Source: Hamiltosporidium tvaerminnensis FI-OER-3-3
Lineage: Eukaryota > Fungi > Microsporidia
NCBI GenBank assembly: GCA_022605425.2
Contig: CM061247.1
Coordinates: forward strand, 806,001-870,000
Direction of reading: 5' to 3'
DNA: 64,000 bases
The position numbers were made by a program, and so were the translations under genes. This document shows positions 51,237 to 63,400 of this stretch, in pieces (the stretch's first letter is position 1; every line of letters begins with the position of its first letter). The notes beneath the pieces are model-generated. The model had not been told where the DNA came from. It ran no database searches and saw only the letters and a list, made by a program, of their open reading frames with translations.

Positions 51237-54200
51237 GAAATGGGTATAAGAAAATATGTAGGCAGCGAAAAACAAAAAGAAAAAATAATAAAGGCTGCAA
51301 ACAGGGCAAGTGAAGTGGATGTGGTAATTAGAGAGTGTAAAAACGACCAGGGAATTCCACAGCCAAGCTCATACGCATCATCCACCATCATAAATAACAC
51401 TTCTATACCACCAAGCGAAGCAAACACAAACACAAAGGTATGTTTGCTTAACACCATACCCTCGCCATCTAACCCTATGCATTCAAGCACCGTAACTCCT
51501 AGGCCAGATATAGCTGCTAGTGGGCCAAACCTTTGTACCATACCTATTTCCGAAAGGCTCGTTGTACTCCGATCACTACTCAGATCTATAGAGGCCGAGC
51601 GTCAAGAATTTATTCGATGTGTTTTTTTTGCAGTACAAACAAGGTTTGACCGAATGCCTAGAAATGGATGGAAAGAGATACAGAGCTACTATAATGAGAA
51701 GTTCTCCTGTACCGAAACTATCGATGTGCTAAAAAGAATGGCACACAATAAGACGGAAGAGGAAATTAGGCAGGAAGAGAATGGAGAGCGACGTCGAATC
51801 GCCACTTGTCTCGCCGAGCCATGTTCCTTGACCGATACTGCTCGATTTATAAGCCTGAGAGAAAAATACTTGAGTAATATCAAAAAAATATCTGAGGAGG
51901 AAATAAGAAAAGTAGTAGTCCGAACTCGAAAGCTTCCAAATGAATTGGTTGACAGTACAGTTCTTGATCTTATTAATCGAATAGTCGGTGAATATGCTGA
52001 CTCTCATGTAACTATGACGATAACAGACTTTGTCCGAATTATCCAGACAGCCCAGGTATGTTATGACGATGAAACACGTAAAGAGAGGCCAAGATCAGCG
52101 TGGAAAGAAAGCATTGAGAGTAAAATTTCAGTGTTAAAACTTTCAAAAGATATCCTCGAGAAAGCACGTAGACGGAAAGAACTCTCCTCTTCTCAAACTA
52201 AAAGTCTAAAAAAAATTATGCGAGAGTTTAATTTAGACCTAAACAAAACAAATGATCTATCGGAGGCTTTAGTTAAGAAGAATGAGCTGATAACTGTTTA
52301 CGAAAAAAAACTTACGATGTACGAAAGTAGGAAGCAATTCCGAAAAGAGAATCGTATGTTTGAGCTGTTCCGAGGTAGATATTATCGTGGCCTGTCTGAG
52401 CGTCTGGAATCCGAGCATGTGGTTAATCGTGACGAAATTGTAAGTTTTTGGTCCACAATGTGGAACAAAAATAATGAAATAGTTACGTATGATGAGTATC
52501 TGATACCTTTCGTGCCGGATACTCACCAGGCCACGTTTCCTTCACTTGATGAATTTGTAGATATTATCAATTGGCTTCCTAGCTGGAAAGCCGCCGGAAT
52601 TGATGAAATCTACAATTTTTATATCAAGAAACTTACGACTCTTCACAAATATCTTTATGATATTGTGAAAGCCATATGTTTTGAAGGAACACCACAAGCT
52701 AATTGGTTTTATCATGGGCTAACGTATCTCATTCCAAAAAGCGTACCACAAAAAGGCTCCGACTATAGGCCAATAACTTGTATGTCAAACCTTTACAAGC
52801 TGACGACAAAGTGTGTTACAAAAGTTGTTCAGCTTGAGGTGGAGAGGCGAGGGTTACTAGCAGATAATCAATTGGGTGCTGTGAGAGGTGTGCAAGGAGC
52901 GAAGGAGCAGGCCCTGCTAAATGTTGCTCTTAATAAAGAGTATGGAAACAATCTTAAGGCAACGTGGATTGATGTCAAAAAAGCGTATGATTCAATAGAT
53001 CATGCTTATTTGACACAAGTCATCGGAAACCTTAATTTACCTGATTGGATCCTGAAATTTTTTAAGGTAACAATATCAAAATGGAAAATTGATATTTCGG
53101 TAGGGTCTGAAAAAATTATGAACAAGAAGATTGATAAGGGGATTCTACAGGGAGATAGTTTGTCACTTTTATTGTTTGTGCTGTGTATGGATCCATTGAG
53201 CCGTAAACTCAATGAAGAATACGCAAAGGTGACAATACAAACGGAGGATGCATCTCACTCTACCAATCATCTCTTGTTCATTGATGATCTTAAGCTCCTT
53301 GCCAAAGATGGAACAACGCTTGAAAAGATGACGGAGGAGGTAAAAATGTTTATGAAAAATATAGGATTAGAAATAAACAGAGAGAAGTCGGCCACGAATG
53401 ATTCGTGTTGTGAGAATCCTGCTACTCTTCTTGAAGGAATAGATGTTTACAAATACCTCGGAATAATAGAAGATAGCAGAGAAATTCCAACACGTAAGTC
53501 GTTTGAGGAAGTACAAACCAAACGGATAGCGAGGGTAGAGAGACTTTGCCGCACCAGATTGAATGCAAGAAATTTATTTCAAGCTATCAATCAACATGCG
53601 ATATCTCTAATAAACTATCATATAGGTATACTTCGACTTGAACCTGGCGACTTCTCAAAGTTGGATGACGCAGTACGTGCAGTTTTAGTAAAGAACAAGA
53701 TACATCTTCGCCCAGGATGTAAAGAGCGTCTGTACCTTCCCAGAACAGAACTTGGGAGAGGTCTCCATAGTGTTGAGTTTAAAAGCGAACATATGCTTTT
53801 GCAACTCTTGGATTGTCTGGAAAAATCTAAAGAAACATCGACCAGAAGAGCAGCAATCCTTAAGGTGGAGAATGATAATAAAACCCATCTTGCACTAATA
53901 AAAGACTTTTTACAAGTAAAATACGGGATGGCAGAGGAGGTCACTAAAAATAAATTAGATGAAGCTCAACTAGCTAACTTATATAACGAAATAGAAAAAC
54001 GAAAACTACATTCAAAGTTATATAATGCTAGAAACAACGAGCTAGTAAGTGTAAATGACTCCTCAAGATGGTTAAAGAAAGGAAGTGTAAGACCGCGTGA
54101 TGAAGCAGTGTTCTGCTATATCCAGGATAGAAACGTATTTGGGGGAGCAGAAGGTGTGTGTCAACACTGCAACACGTCTAGAAAAACAGTAGACCATTTA

Positions 54201-55035
54201 GCAACGAGATGTGAAAAAAATGCTTGGTCATGACTATACTAGACGACACAATGAAGTGGTACGATGTATACATTTGCTCTTGTTAAATAAATATAAATTC
54301 AAGTCTTCAAAACGAATCAGAAGCCACTCAGTTCAAGAAATTCTTGATAATGAGTATGCAGAGATAAGAGTGGACACCAGAATAAAAACTGATGTCAAAA
54401 TTCGAAATAATAGGCCAGATATATTCGTTTTAGACAAGAGACGAAATAAGATTACCCTCATTGAAGTAGGAATCACCTCCCAAGACTCACTTCAAATAGT
54501 TGAAACAGAGAAACTTAGGAAGTATGACCTATTAGCAAATGAGCTGGGTCTTATTTACAAATGTAGTGTAGAGATAATTCCTTATGTGATAACATGGGAC
54601 GGTATTGTGACAAAATACCATAAGACTTATCTTAAAAGATTACAAATACCCATAAATGTAGAGGCATACATTCAGTCCATAGTACTTAAGAAGACAGTCG
54701 AAACAATTTCCTTTGATCGACGAAGAGGACTTGAGTCAGGACCAAGTGCCGAAGAGAGCTGGGAGAGAGCGTCATTAAGTGTTATTATAGGAGCTGAGAG
54801 GCATAAACAGCCAACACCCCCCTTAAAAGAAGTGAAGAACCAGGAAGATAGTGTTAAACAAGTAAATTCAAAAAATATTTTACCCCTTATTTTAGATGAC
54901 GTAACCAGACCAGAGGAACCGACGATAGACATTAATGATAAGTCGGATGTAGAAAAAGAGAATAAAGTGATTAAAGTGATGGAAGAAATTAGTTAAACGA
55001 GAGAAAATTTCTTAACCCAGAATTTTATTAAATAA
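51237..55035 (+). mobile_element. Full-length R4/Dong-like non-LTR retrotransposon copy B with 15-bp TSD
   Basis: TSD ATTTTTGTCAATTAG at 51222-51236 and 55036-55050; the element is GAA + ORF + 39-nt trailer ending TTTTATTAAATAA. Confidence 0.95.
51240..54996 (+). CDS. Retrotransposon polyprotein (RT, CCHC knuckle, REL endonuclease), about 1251 aa; one +1 frameshift in an A7 run at 54214-54220
   Basis: DYRPITC, WIDVKKAYDS, QGDSLS, NHLLFIDDLKL, YKYLG, CQHC..DHLATRC, RRHNEV, RPDIF..LIEV, KLRKYDLL. Copies A and C have A6 at the frameshift site. Confidence 0.93.
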
Positions 55036-55699
55036 ATTTTTGTCAATTAGATCTTATTTCTTCATGTCTTAAAATTTTCAAATTTTTAGATTAAAATACA
55101 AAAGAGTGCGTATATAAGAGAAAATAAAAAAACTAGTGAGGAGATAAACATAAAAAATCGAAAAGGAAAAGTGCATAAAAGGTCTAAATTTTTTTATTTT
55201 TTCTATTTGATGGTAATTTTTCATAATTTGATTTTTCTGATATTTTTTCAGATTCTTTCTTTTTAAATTTTTTCTTAATTTTTACAAGTTCTGTTACATT
55301 TTTTTCTTTTCCTTTTTTACTACTTTTTAAATTATTTTCAATATTTTTTTTAATTTGTGTAAATATTTTTTCTGTTTAAATGGTCGCGATATATTAAAAT
55401 CTTTTAATTCCTCGCAAAATAATAGATTTCCGACCAACACAGTCGTTTCCCGCCGAAAAAAAATAAAAGCAATTTTTTTCAGGTTCCATAAGATTTAGCA
55501 GATTTGATAATCTGCTGTATTTTAATTTTGACATTAGGGTGGATTCCGTAAAGGGGCATTAGGTGATGTAACGTTTTAATATGCACAATTATTTACTGTT
55601 CCTCTGGGGCGATTTCTCCCTTATAAATTAGACGTATTTATTTATTGTTTTGGCTTTTAAACCCCATTCTTCACGTTAATTGCTTGTCTTAAACGAGCT

Positions 55700-56800
55700 T
55701 TTGACCCCTTTACACTCTGCTTTTTGTATAAAACTCATAAACCTCTTCTAAACTCATTTCAGCTTTTGTTTTTGACTCAAGTTCCCTTCGTCGATCTAAA
55801 GATATTGTTTCGAATATTTTCACATCTACTATAAACTAAATATGTGTCGCCTTATCATGGGTATTTTCATGTTATCTAAAATAAATCATATTGAGTTTTG
55901 TTTTAATGTACTCTGAAGTTGGCAAATAATCAAATATCTTACCTTCTATTTATATATATAAAGCCCAGGTTATTGGTTAGTAAATCAGAATCTTAACTTT
56001 ATTTGTTCAAATATTTCGAAGTGATCTTAGCAAGTCATTCCCACTTCAGCTAGGATTTTATTGTTTAAACTTTTGTTTAAAATATATCTCGTCTATTATT
56101 TTGTATTCTGAAATTATTTAATTCCGATGTCCCTCTTTACTCCAGAATACTATTATCAAAGATCTCTCGAACCAAGTGATACCGAATTTGCTTCAAAAAT
56201 TTAAAATTATATTATTCGCTATGAGTAAATGTGAACATTGTATAAGTTTAATATGTTGTCTCTATTATCAGTTTCGTGATTTCGCCCAATTTTACTTGCT
56301 AATTTCTCTATTCCCTCGCTAGATTTACTGCAATGGAGAGAAAACCTTCTGATCCCCAGATTATATTTCGATCTTAAAATAAACAGAAAATTGGTTTATC
56401 GTTCAGTATTATGTTCTCTTTCTGTAATTTACAGGATGTAATTAAACCTATTAGCTCACTGTTTCTATTATCTTTTAGCTTAGCCGCAAGCTTAATTTTA
56501 ATTTTCGTAATATAAGTTGTTTTTCAGAGTCTCCTATTTTTTATTCTTAGTTAATTACTCTTTGAATCTTATTACTTAAAAGAAGTATTTTATATATGCG
56601 AGATGAATTCTATTTATGTTGATCACAGTTAGGATAACTGCTCTTCTTTTCTTATTTTTTTATATTTTTGCAGAAAATCTAAAAGTTGCAAAAACAAATA
56701 TTTTATTTAAGACTCAACCCGTTTTTTACTTCCTAAAAGTTCCTTTTAGAAGTAAAGACGTGCGTTACATCATTTGCGTAAATATTTTATCCAATTTATG
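55700..56800 (-). mobile_element. Degenerate relic of the R4-like element
   Basis: GACTCAAGTTCCCTTCGTCGATCTAAAGATATTGTTTCG (55774) matches copy A GACTCAAGTCCTCTTCGTCGATCAAAGGAAATTGTTTTG (1248). Confidence 0.65.
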
Positions 56801-57085
56801 AAATGAAAACATTTATCTTTTTTTCCAAATCGAAATTAAACCTGGGTTTAAATTGTACATAATTATTATGGTTATTGTATTTTCTGCTCTGATTTCTTTT
56901 CATTAAAATATCTTCTGTATGTAACAACAGTGTTCAATAATTATCTGATTATATTAAAATATTTATGAAATTAAATAAAAATACATTTTTATATTCTTAA
57001 TCTTTTTAAACTGCATAACAAATCTATGGAGCATTTTTTAACGTTTTTTAAAACGTTGAAATCAGGAGGTGGGAATTTTTTGAAA

Positions 57086-57997
57086 ATGAATCTTTATAAA
57101 TCAACAATACATATTGATAATACAATCTCATTATTAAATGATAACAAGAAAATATCAAATTCTATAATATTCCTACAACAGCCGATCATTTACGAAAAAT
57201 TTATAAGTTCCACTACAAAAACTACTAAGCATAACGAATTAATATATTTCACCACAATTAATGATATTCCTAAGTCAGAATTATCTACCTACAAAACACA
57301 GAAGAATAAAAGTAATTGGAATTTCGATAATTCAAATATTCATTCTTCTACTGAATACGGTCTAACTCTTATTTATAAGATGAAACCTATTTTTTTACAA
57401 AAGTTTATTTTTGAATTGAAATTAAATGAAATTTATTTTGAAAACGGAATATTATTTATTAAAATAGATAAAATAATTGAAAAAATACAAAATAATATTT
57501 TTAAAGACAATGCCTCATGTTTTCCGAATTTTATTACTTCAGAAATCACTGTAGAATTTCAAGAGTTACTTGATGAAAATAGAAATAAATTAAACATAAA
57601 ATATAAAAATCAGAATTCTAAGAAACCTTACATGTTTCATAACAGTAATACGGTAAATATTTCTAAATATGAAATATCTAAAGAATCATTGATAGGACAA
57701 TTTAATAACGAATTTATTATAATAAAAAATCATAAAAGCTTATTTATTTTAGATCAACACGCTATCCACGAAAGAATAAGATTAGAAAAATTTATTAAAA
57801 ATAGAAATATCAAAGAATCAATAACTGAAACAGAATTAGAAATTTTAAAAAGTAAAGCATGTAGAGGAGCAATAAAATTTGGAGACAATTTAAATGATAA
57901 AGAACTTACTAAAATATTAGAAGAAATCAAATATTGTGATCATCCTTTTATTTGTGCACACGGAAGACCTTCTATAAGATATTTAAATGAAAATTAA
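57086..57997 (+). CDS. MLH3: Reduced MLH3-like MutL C-terminal endonuclease protein
   Basis: IGQFNNEFII, DQHAIHERIRLE, ACRGAIKFGD and PFICAHGRPS are MLH3-type rather than PMS1/2-type variants. Likely start is ATG 57086 after a GGG motif (alternative 57026). Confidence 0.8.
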   Translation: MNLYKSTIHIDNTISLLNDNKKISNSIIFLQQPIIYEKFISSTTKTTKHNELIYFTTINDIPKSELSTYKTQKNKSNWNFDNSNIHSSTEYGLTLIYKMKPIFLQKFIFELKLNEIYFENGILFIKIDKIIEKIQNNIFKDNASCFPNFITSEITVEFQELLDENRNKLNIKYKNQNSKKPYMFHNSNTVNISKYEISKESLIGQFNNEFIIIKNHKSLFILDQHAIHERIRLEKFIKNRNIKESITETELEILKSKACRGAIKFGDNLNDKELTKILEEIKYCDHPFICAHGRPSIRYLNEN

Positions 57998-58368
57998 AAT
58001 AAATAAAACTATACTTACGTAACTTATTTATTTCTAACTTTTATAAAAAAATTATTTATCATTTTGTTTTAAAACAAAATAAATAAAAATTTCATATTGA
58101 ACACATATTGTTAATAATTTCTATAAAATTCTAATTTGTAATTTGAATGAGAACAACTTTTATTTCATATTTTTCTTTTACATTAAAAAATACTCCACAT
58201 ACTGTATTTATATTTTTATTAAATTTGAAATTGTATATTAACAAACATAAATCAAGAGATTAGCTTAATAGATGTGGAAAAGTAGAAGTAAATTTGCAAA
58301 TTTTAAATTTATCAAATTAGTTTAAAAAAATATAAATGGAAATATTAATTAAATTAAATTAGACTTTA

Positions 58369-59421
58369 TTAAGAATTATTCGTAAAATTAAGAAAGTGAA
58401 ACGTCTTATTTTTATAATAATTATTATCATTTTCAAGATTATCAATTATATCATCAAGTAAAACAGCTCTACCAATACAACTACTAAGAGAGACGGGGCA
58501 TTTTATATTTACTATATGAAGATGTAAAATATAATAAGCTGGTCGGTAATGGAAGAACATAAGAACATTCTGCTCTTTAAGTTGGTATTTCTCTTCTAAA
58601 ACTTTAATAACAAAACTTTTGGCTCTTTTTAAAATGTTTGGAACAGTTACTTCTCTGATAGTTTTTAAAGAGGTATCTTTGAATATTAGAAGTAGGTAAA
58701 GATTCTCTGTAGAAATTTGATTCCATTTGTTATCTGGTAAAATAATAAATTCGTCTGTTGATGCTATAATATCTTCTTTTAATTCCTTTTCTGGTTCTTT
58801 AGATTCTTTATTTGATTCACATTCCATCATTTTTGCCTTTTTTATTCTTTTATCAGAATCATCAGAATCTTCTTGTCTATAAACCATTGTGTCGCTTTTT
58901 TCTGTCTCATAATCATATTCTTCATGCGCATTAATTTTATTTTCCGCATCATTTTTTGGTTCACTTATTGGCTCTGTTACTTTATTTCCCAACTCGTCTT
59001 TTTTATTTTTTTTATTTTCTTTTTCTAATTTTATTATATTAAACAACCAATTATTTTCTGATTCATCCTTAATTAACTTATCTTCAACGTACATTTGAGG
59101 TGTTTCATGAGCGAAAACAATTTCTTTTGTTGAATATTTTTTAATATCGCTTTCCCTTGCAGGATGTATTAATTTAATATTAATTTCTTCAGGCATCTGG
59201 ACATTCAAGCTCAAAAAAATATCGTTTTGTAAAATTAATTTAGATTTGGAAAACGTTTTAAGTGAATTAAGCAGATTTTCTACTTTGAAATTTGTTTTTG
59301 ATGCTAATATAATGGCCTGGTCGTCTTCAATTCTACCTAGGATCGATATATAATTGGGTGTGTTTGTTAATATTTGTGACATTTCGAAATTTTTAAATTT
59401 TTCTGTGTGGCTTGCTTCCAT
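58369..59421 (-). CDS. DCPS: Scavenger mRNA decapping enzyme DcpS (HIT family)
   Basis: QNDIF, LIHPA...IKKY, ETP, ILPDNKW, LYLL, LKTIRE, FFHYRPAYYILHLH, GRAVLLDDIIDNL. CCC motif at 59437-59439 (minus strand). Confidence 0.9.
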   Translation of the reverse strand: MEASHTEKFKNFEMSQILTNTPNYISILGRIEDDQAIILASKTNFKVENLLNSLKTFSKSKLILQNDIFLSLNVQMPEEINIKLIHPARESDIKKYSTKEIVFAHETPQMYVEDKLIKDESENNWLFNIIKLEKENKKNKKDELGNKVTEPISEPKNDAENKINAHEEYDYETEKSDTMVYRQEDSDDSDKRIKKAKMMECESNKESKEPEKELKEDIIASTDEFIILPDNKWNQISTENLYLLLIFKDTSLKTIREVTVPNILKRAKSFVIKVLEEKYQLKEQNVLMFFHYRPAYYILHLHIVNIKCPVSLSSCIGRAVLLDDIIDNLENDNNYYKNKTFHFLNFTNNS

Positions 59422-59929
59422 TTTTTTATTTTATAAGGGTTCATAACAAATATTTAAAAAATTTTTTTAACCGAAGTTTCATAGTAAAATTGCACAAATA
59501 TATCTTTAATTAGCATCTTTAATTGGTTGCATTTAGATTTGCTTTAAAAGCGGTTAATTTTTTAATATCTTAAAAAATTTAAAATGCGTTTTTTGATTTT
59601 TGTCCTGTTTTAAATATATTAAAGTCTTATCTTTTGTATTACTTAACGAAAATGCCTGTACATATTTGTATTCATGTTTAGATAAATACGATTTTTAGGT
59701 TATTTAATTGACTCAAATTATTACTTGATGGTCTATGAATTTAATAAAATATAATTCTTTTGTTTCTTAGCTCTTTTATTAGAAAAATAGAATTATGATA
59801 TCTCTTATCTCTATATAAATCTATATTTTTTCCGTATTTGATTTTTTTTGTAGATTATTATAATATAAAATTTGGTTTTATTAAACTATCAAACCTATAA
59901 TACCATTTTTAAGAGCATTTACATTACTT

Positions 59930-60200
59930 AAAATATATATTGTGGTATTTTGTAACAATATCATTCCAAGTTATTACATATAGAAAATTTCAACACATTA
60001 TTTATAAAAAAATACTTAAATTATTCACTGAAAATTGTATAATCTAAATGAATTATAAAAGGTATGAAAAATCTTTCTTGGATATAGTAGAATTCATATT
60101 TTCATATTCACTACATTATTCGATCCTTGAAGGAAATACATAACCTTAAATCTTTATTTCATTTGGCATCAATTTCTATTTCTATTTCTGTTCTTTTTTA
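59930..60200 (-). mobile_element. Small degenerate relic of the R4-like element
   Basis: TGGTATTTTGTAACAATATCATTCCAAGTTATTACATA resembles copy A at 1365-1402. Confidence 0.45.
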
Positions 60201-60490
60201 AACATTCTATTTTTTTCTATACTATTTATGTTTTCTTTCAATGAAATGTAAATAATCTTATATGAAAAGGCTATTAAGCAATGCGTTTATTTATTCTCAT
60301 CGCTTTCATATTACACTCGTGCATGTAGTTTTGAACAACTAATTCTATGAATAAATTTTTTCTTTTTCCTTTTTAAAAAACCTTAAATTATTTATCTACG
60401 CTTTAAATCAACATTCATGTATTCATTTCCTTAAATAATTTCACTTAATTTAAATTTCTAAATATTATTTAAATACAAATTTCAAAACAA

Positions 60491-63400
60491 AGGGTAGAAG
60501 GAAAAAAGTAGACAGCGAAAATATAAAAAATGAAAAAATAAAGGCTGTAAACAACTTGGAGAACAGCGCAGGAGAGATTTTGATGTGTGATGTAGAGGTA
60601 GCAATGTTATCCGAGAGATTTCCACCTCCACCGACCTTCCATGACACAACCCACCAACCACCAAGCAGAGGTTGCCAGACTAGTCCAGTCTGCTTGGTTG
60701 ACACCATACCCTCGTCTTCTGGTACCGATGCCACTGCGTTTGGAACAGCCAACGGCATGACAAACCTCACTACAGATGCCATTCTAGAAGGGAATCGACT
60801 GATGGTATTGCACTCAATACTTGACTCTGTCACTGTCATATAGCAGGAATGGCCTAGATCTGCTATTCTAGCAGTGCAAAAGAGGTTTGAGAGAATGCCC
60901 AGAAATGGCTGGCCCGTTACTCTGAGGTACTATACTGAGAAATTTAGCTGCACACTAGATATCGATGCGTTTAAAAAAACTCGCACAAAATGAGGCAGAA
61001 AGGGAAATAAGGCAAGAAGAGAATGGAGAGCGACGTAGAATCGCCACTTGTCTCACTGAGCCATATATCCTGACTGACACCACGGAGTACATAAACCTGA
61101 GAGATAAATTTTTGAGTAAAATTAAAGAAATCTCGGAGAAGGAAATTGGAAAAGTGGTGGTCCGAACTCGAAAGCTTCCAAGTGAATTGGTTGACCGTAA
61201 AGTTTTGGTCCTTATTAATCGAATTATCGGTGATTATTCTGATTCTTGTGTACCGATGACGATAACTGTAGTGGCACGGATAATCCAGGCAGCCCAGGTA
61301 TGCTATGACGAGGCAACACGCAAAGAAAAGCTTAGATACGCTTGGAAGGAAAGCATAGAAAGTAAAATTTCTAAGTTGTACTTTCCATAGATCAGTCTGA
61401 TAAATCTCGTAAACAGAAAAGGGTCTCCACTTCGGAAACAATAAGTCTCAGAAAAATTATGCGAAAGTTTAATTAAGACTTAAAAAAAACAAATGATCTT
61501 TCTGAGCCTTTGGTTGAGAAGAATGAGTCTTTGAATGTTTACGGGAAAAAATTACGATGCATGAAAGTAGGAAGCAATTCCGAAAAGAGAATCGTATGTT
61601 TGAGCTTTTCCGAGGTCGATTTTATCGTGGGTTATCTGAGCGGGTAGAATCCGAGCATGTGGTTAGCCATGATGAAATTGTGAGTTTTTGGTCTACAATG
61701 TGGAACAAAAATGATGACACAGTCACGTACGATGATTATTTGATTCCATTTGTATCAGATAATCATCCGACCACGTTTCCTTCACTTATGAATTTGTAAA
61801 TATCATTAATTGGCTCCCTAATTGGAAAGCTGTTTAAATTGATGGTATTTACAATTTTATTATTAAGAAACTTACAACTCTTCACAAATATCTTTATGAT
61901 ATTGTGAAAGTTATATGTTTAGAAGGAACACCTCAAGCTGATTAGTTTTACTGCGGGCTTACCTATTTGATACCCAAAGGAAGTCCACAAAGAGGCTCTG
62001 ACTACAGGCCAATCACTTGTATGTCCAACCTCTACAAGTTAACGACTAAGTGTGTAACGAAAGTCGTTCAACTTGAAGTGGAAAGGCGAGGGTTGCTTGC
62101 GGAGAACCAGTTGGGAGCAGTTAGAGGTGTGCAGGGAGCGAAAGAGCAGGCTCTACTGAATATTGCCTATAATAAAGAGTACAGAAACAATCTTAAGGCA
62201 ACATGGATTGATGTTAAAAAAGCTTATGATTCAATAGACCATGCTTATTTAACTCAATGCATTGAAAACCTTATTTTACCTGATTGGATCCTGAAATTTA
62301 TTAAGGTAATTATATCAAAATGGAAAATTGATATATCAGTAGGGCCTGAAAAAATCATGAGCAAGAAGATTGAGAGAAGAATTCTGCAAGGAGATAGTTT
62401 GTCACTATTGTTATTTGTGTTGTGTATGGATCCACTAAGCCGAAAGCTTAATGAAAAATACACGAAAGTGACACTACAAACAGATGCAGAATCCCATTCT
62501 ACTAATCATCTCTTGTTTATTGACCATCTTAAGCTCCTTGCTAAAGACAGTTCGACATTGAGTGCTATGACAGACGAGGCAAAGGAATATTTAGAGGTGA
62601 TTGGGTTAGAGATTAACAAAGAGAAGTCAGCCACAAATGATAAGTGTTGTGAAGATACTGCTACTCTTCTAGAAGGTGTTAGTATTTACAAATATTTAGG
62701 AATAATAGAAGATAGCAGAGGAATTCCAACACGTAGCTCATTTGAAGAAGTACAGAGCAAACTGATAGCAAGAGTTGAAAGACTTTGTCACACTAGATTA
62801 AATGCAAAAAATTTATTTTCTGCAATCAATCAACATGCGATATCGTTAATCAACTATCACATAGGAGTACTTCGACTTGAACTGGCATACTTCTCTAAGT
62901 TAGATGATGCAGTGCGTGCGGTGTTGGTGAAGAATAAGATCCATCTCCGCCCAAGTTGTAAAGAGCGTTTGTATCTTCCTAGAACAGAACTTGGAAGAGG
63001 CCTACATAGTGTTGAGTTGCGAAGCGAACATATGCTTCTGCAACTCTTGGATTGTCTGGAAAAAAGTAAAGAAATATCAACTAGACGAGCAGCAATCCTC
63101 AAGGTGGAGAATAATAATAAAACCCATCTTGCACTAATAAAAGGCTTCTTAAAAGTAAAGTACAGGTTGGTAGAAGAAGTCACTAAGAAAAGTTTAGAAG
63201 AAGCTCAGCTTGCAAAACTATATAACGAAATAGAAAAACGAAAACTCCATTCAAAGTTATATAATGCAAGGAAAAATGAGCTTGTGAGTGTTAGTGACTC
63301 TTCAAGATGGCTAAAGAGAGGGAATATTAGGCCGCGTGATGAAGCAATGTTCTGCTATATCCAGGATAGAAATGTATTTTGGGGAGCAGATGGTATGTAC

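Noticed and set aside
54205-54235. Programmed ribosomal frameshift between the 997-aa and 261-aa ORFs
   Set aside because: Copies A and C have A6 and read through in one frame, so the extra A is a mutation or homopolymer error.
2040-63183. Recurrent antisense ORFs in the RT copies (2040-2369, 53618-53944, 62857-63183) and many 60-110 aa AT-rich ORFs
   Set aside because: They are shadows of the conserved sense frame or random ORFs, mostly with GTG/TTG starts and no motifs.
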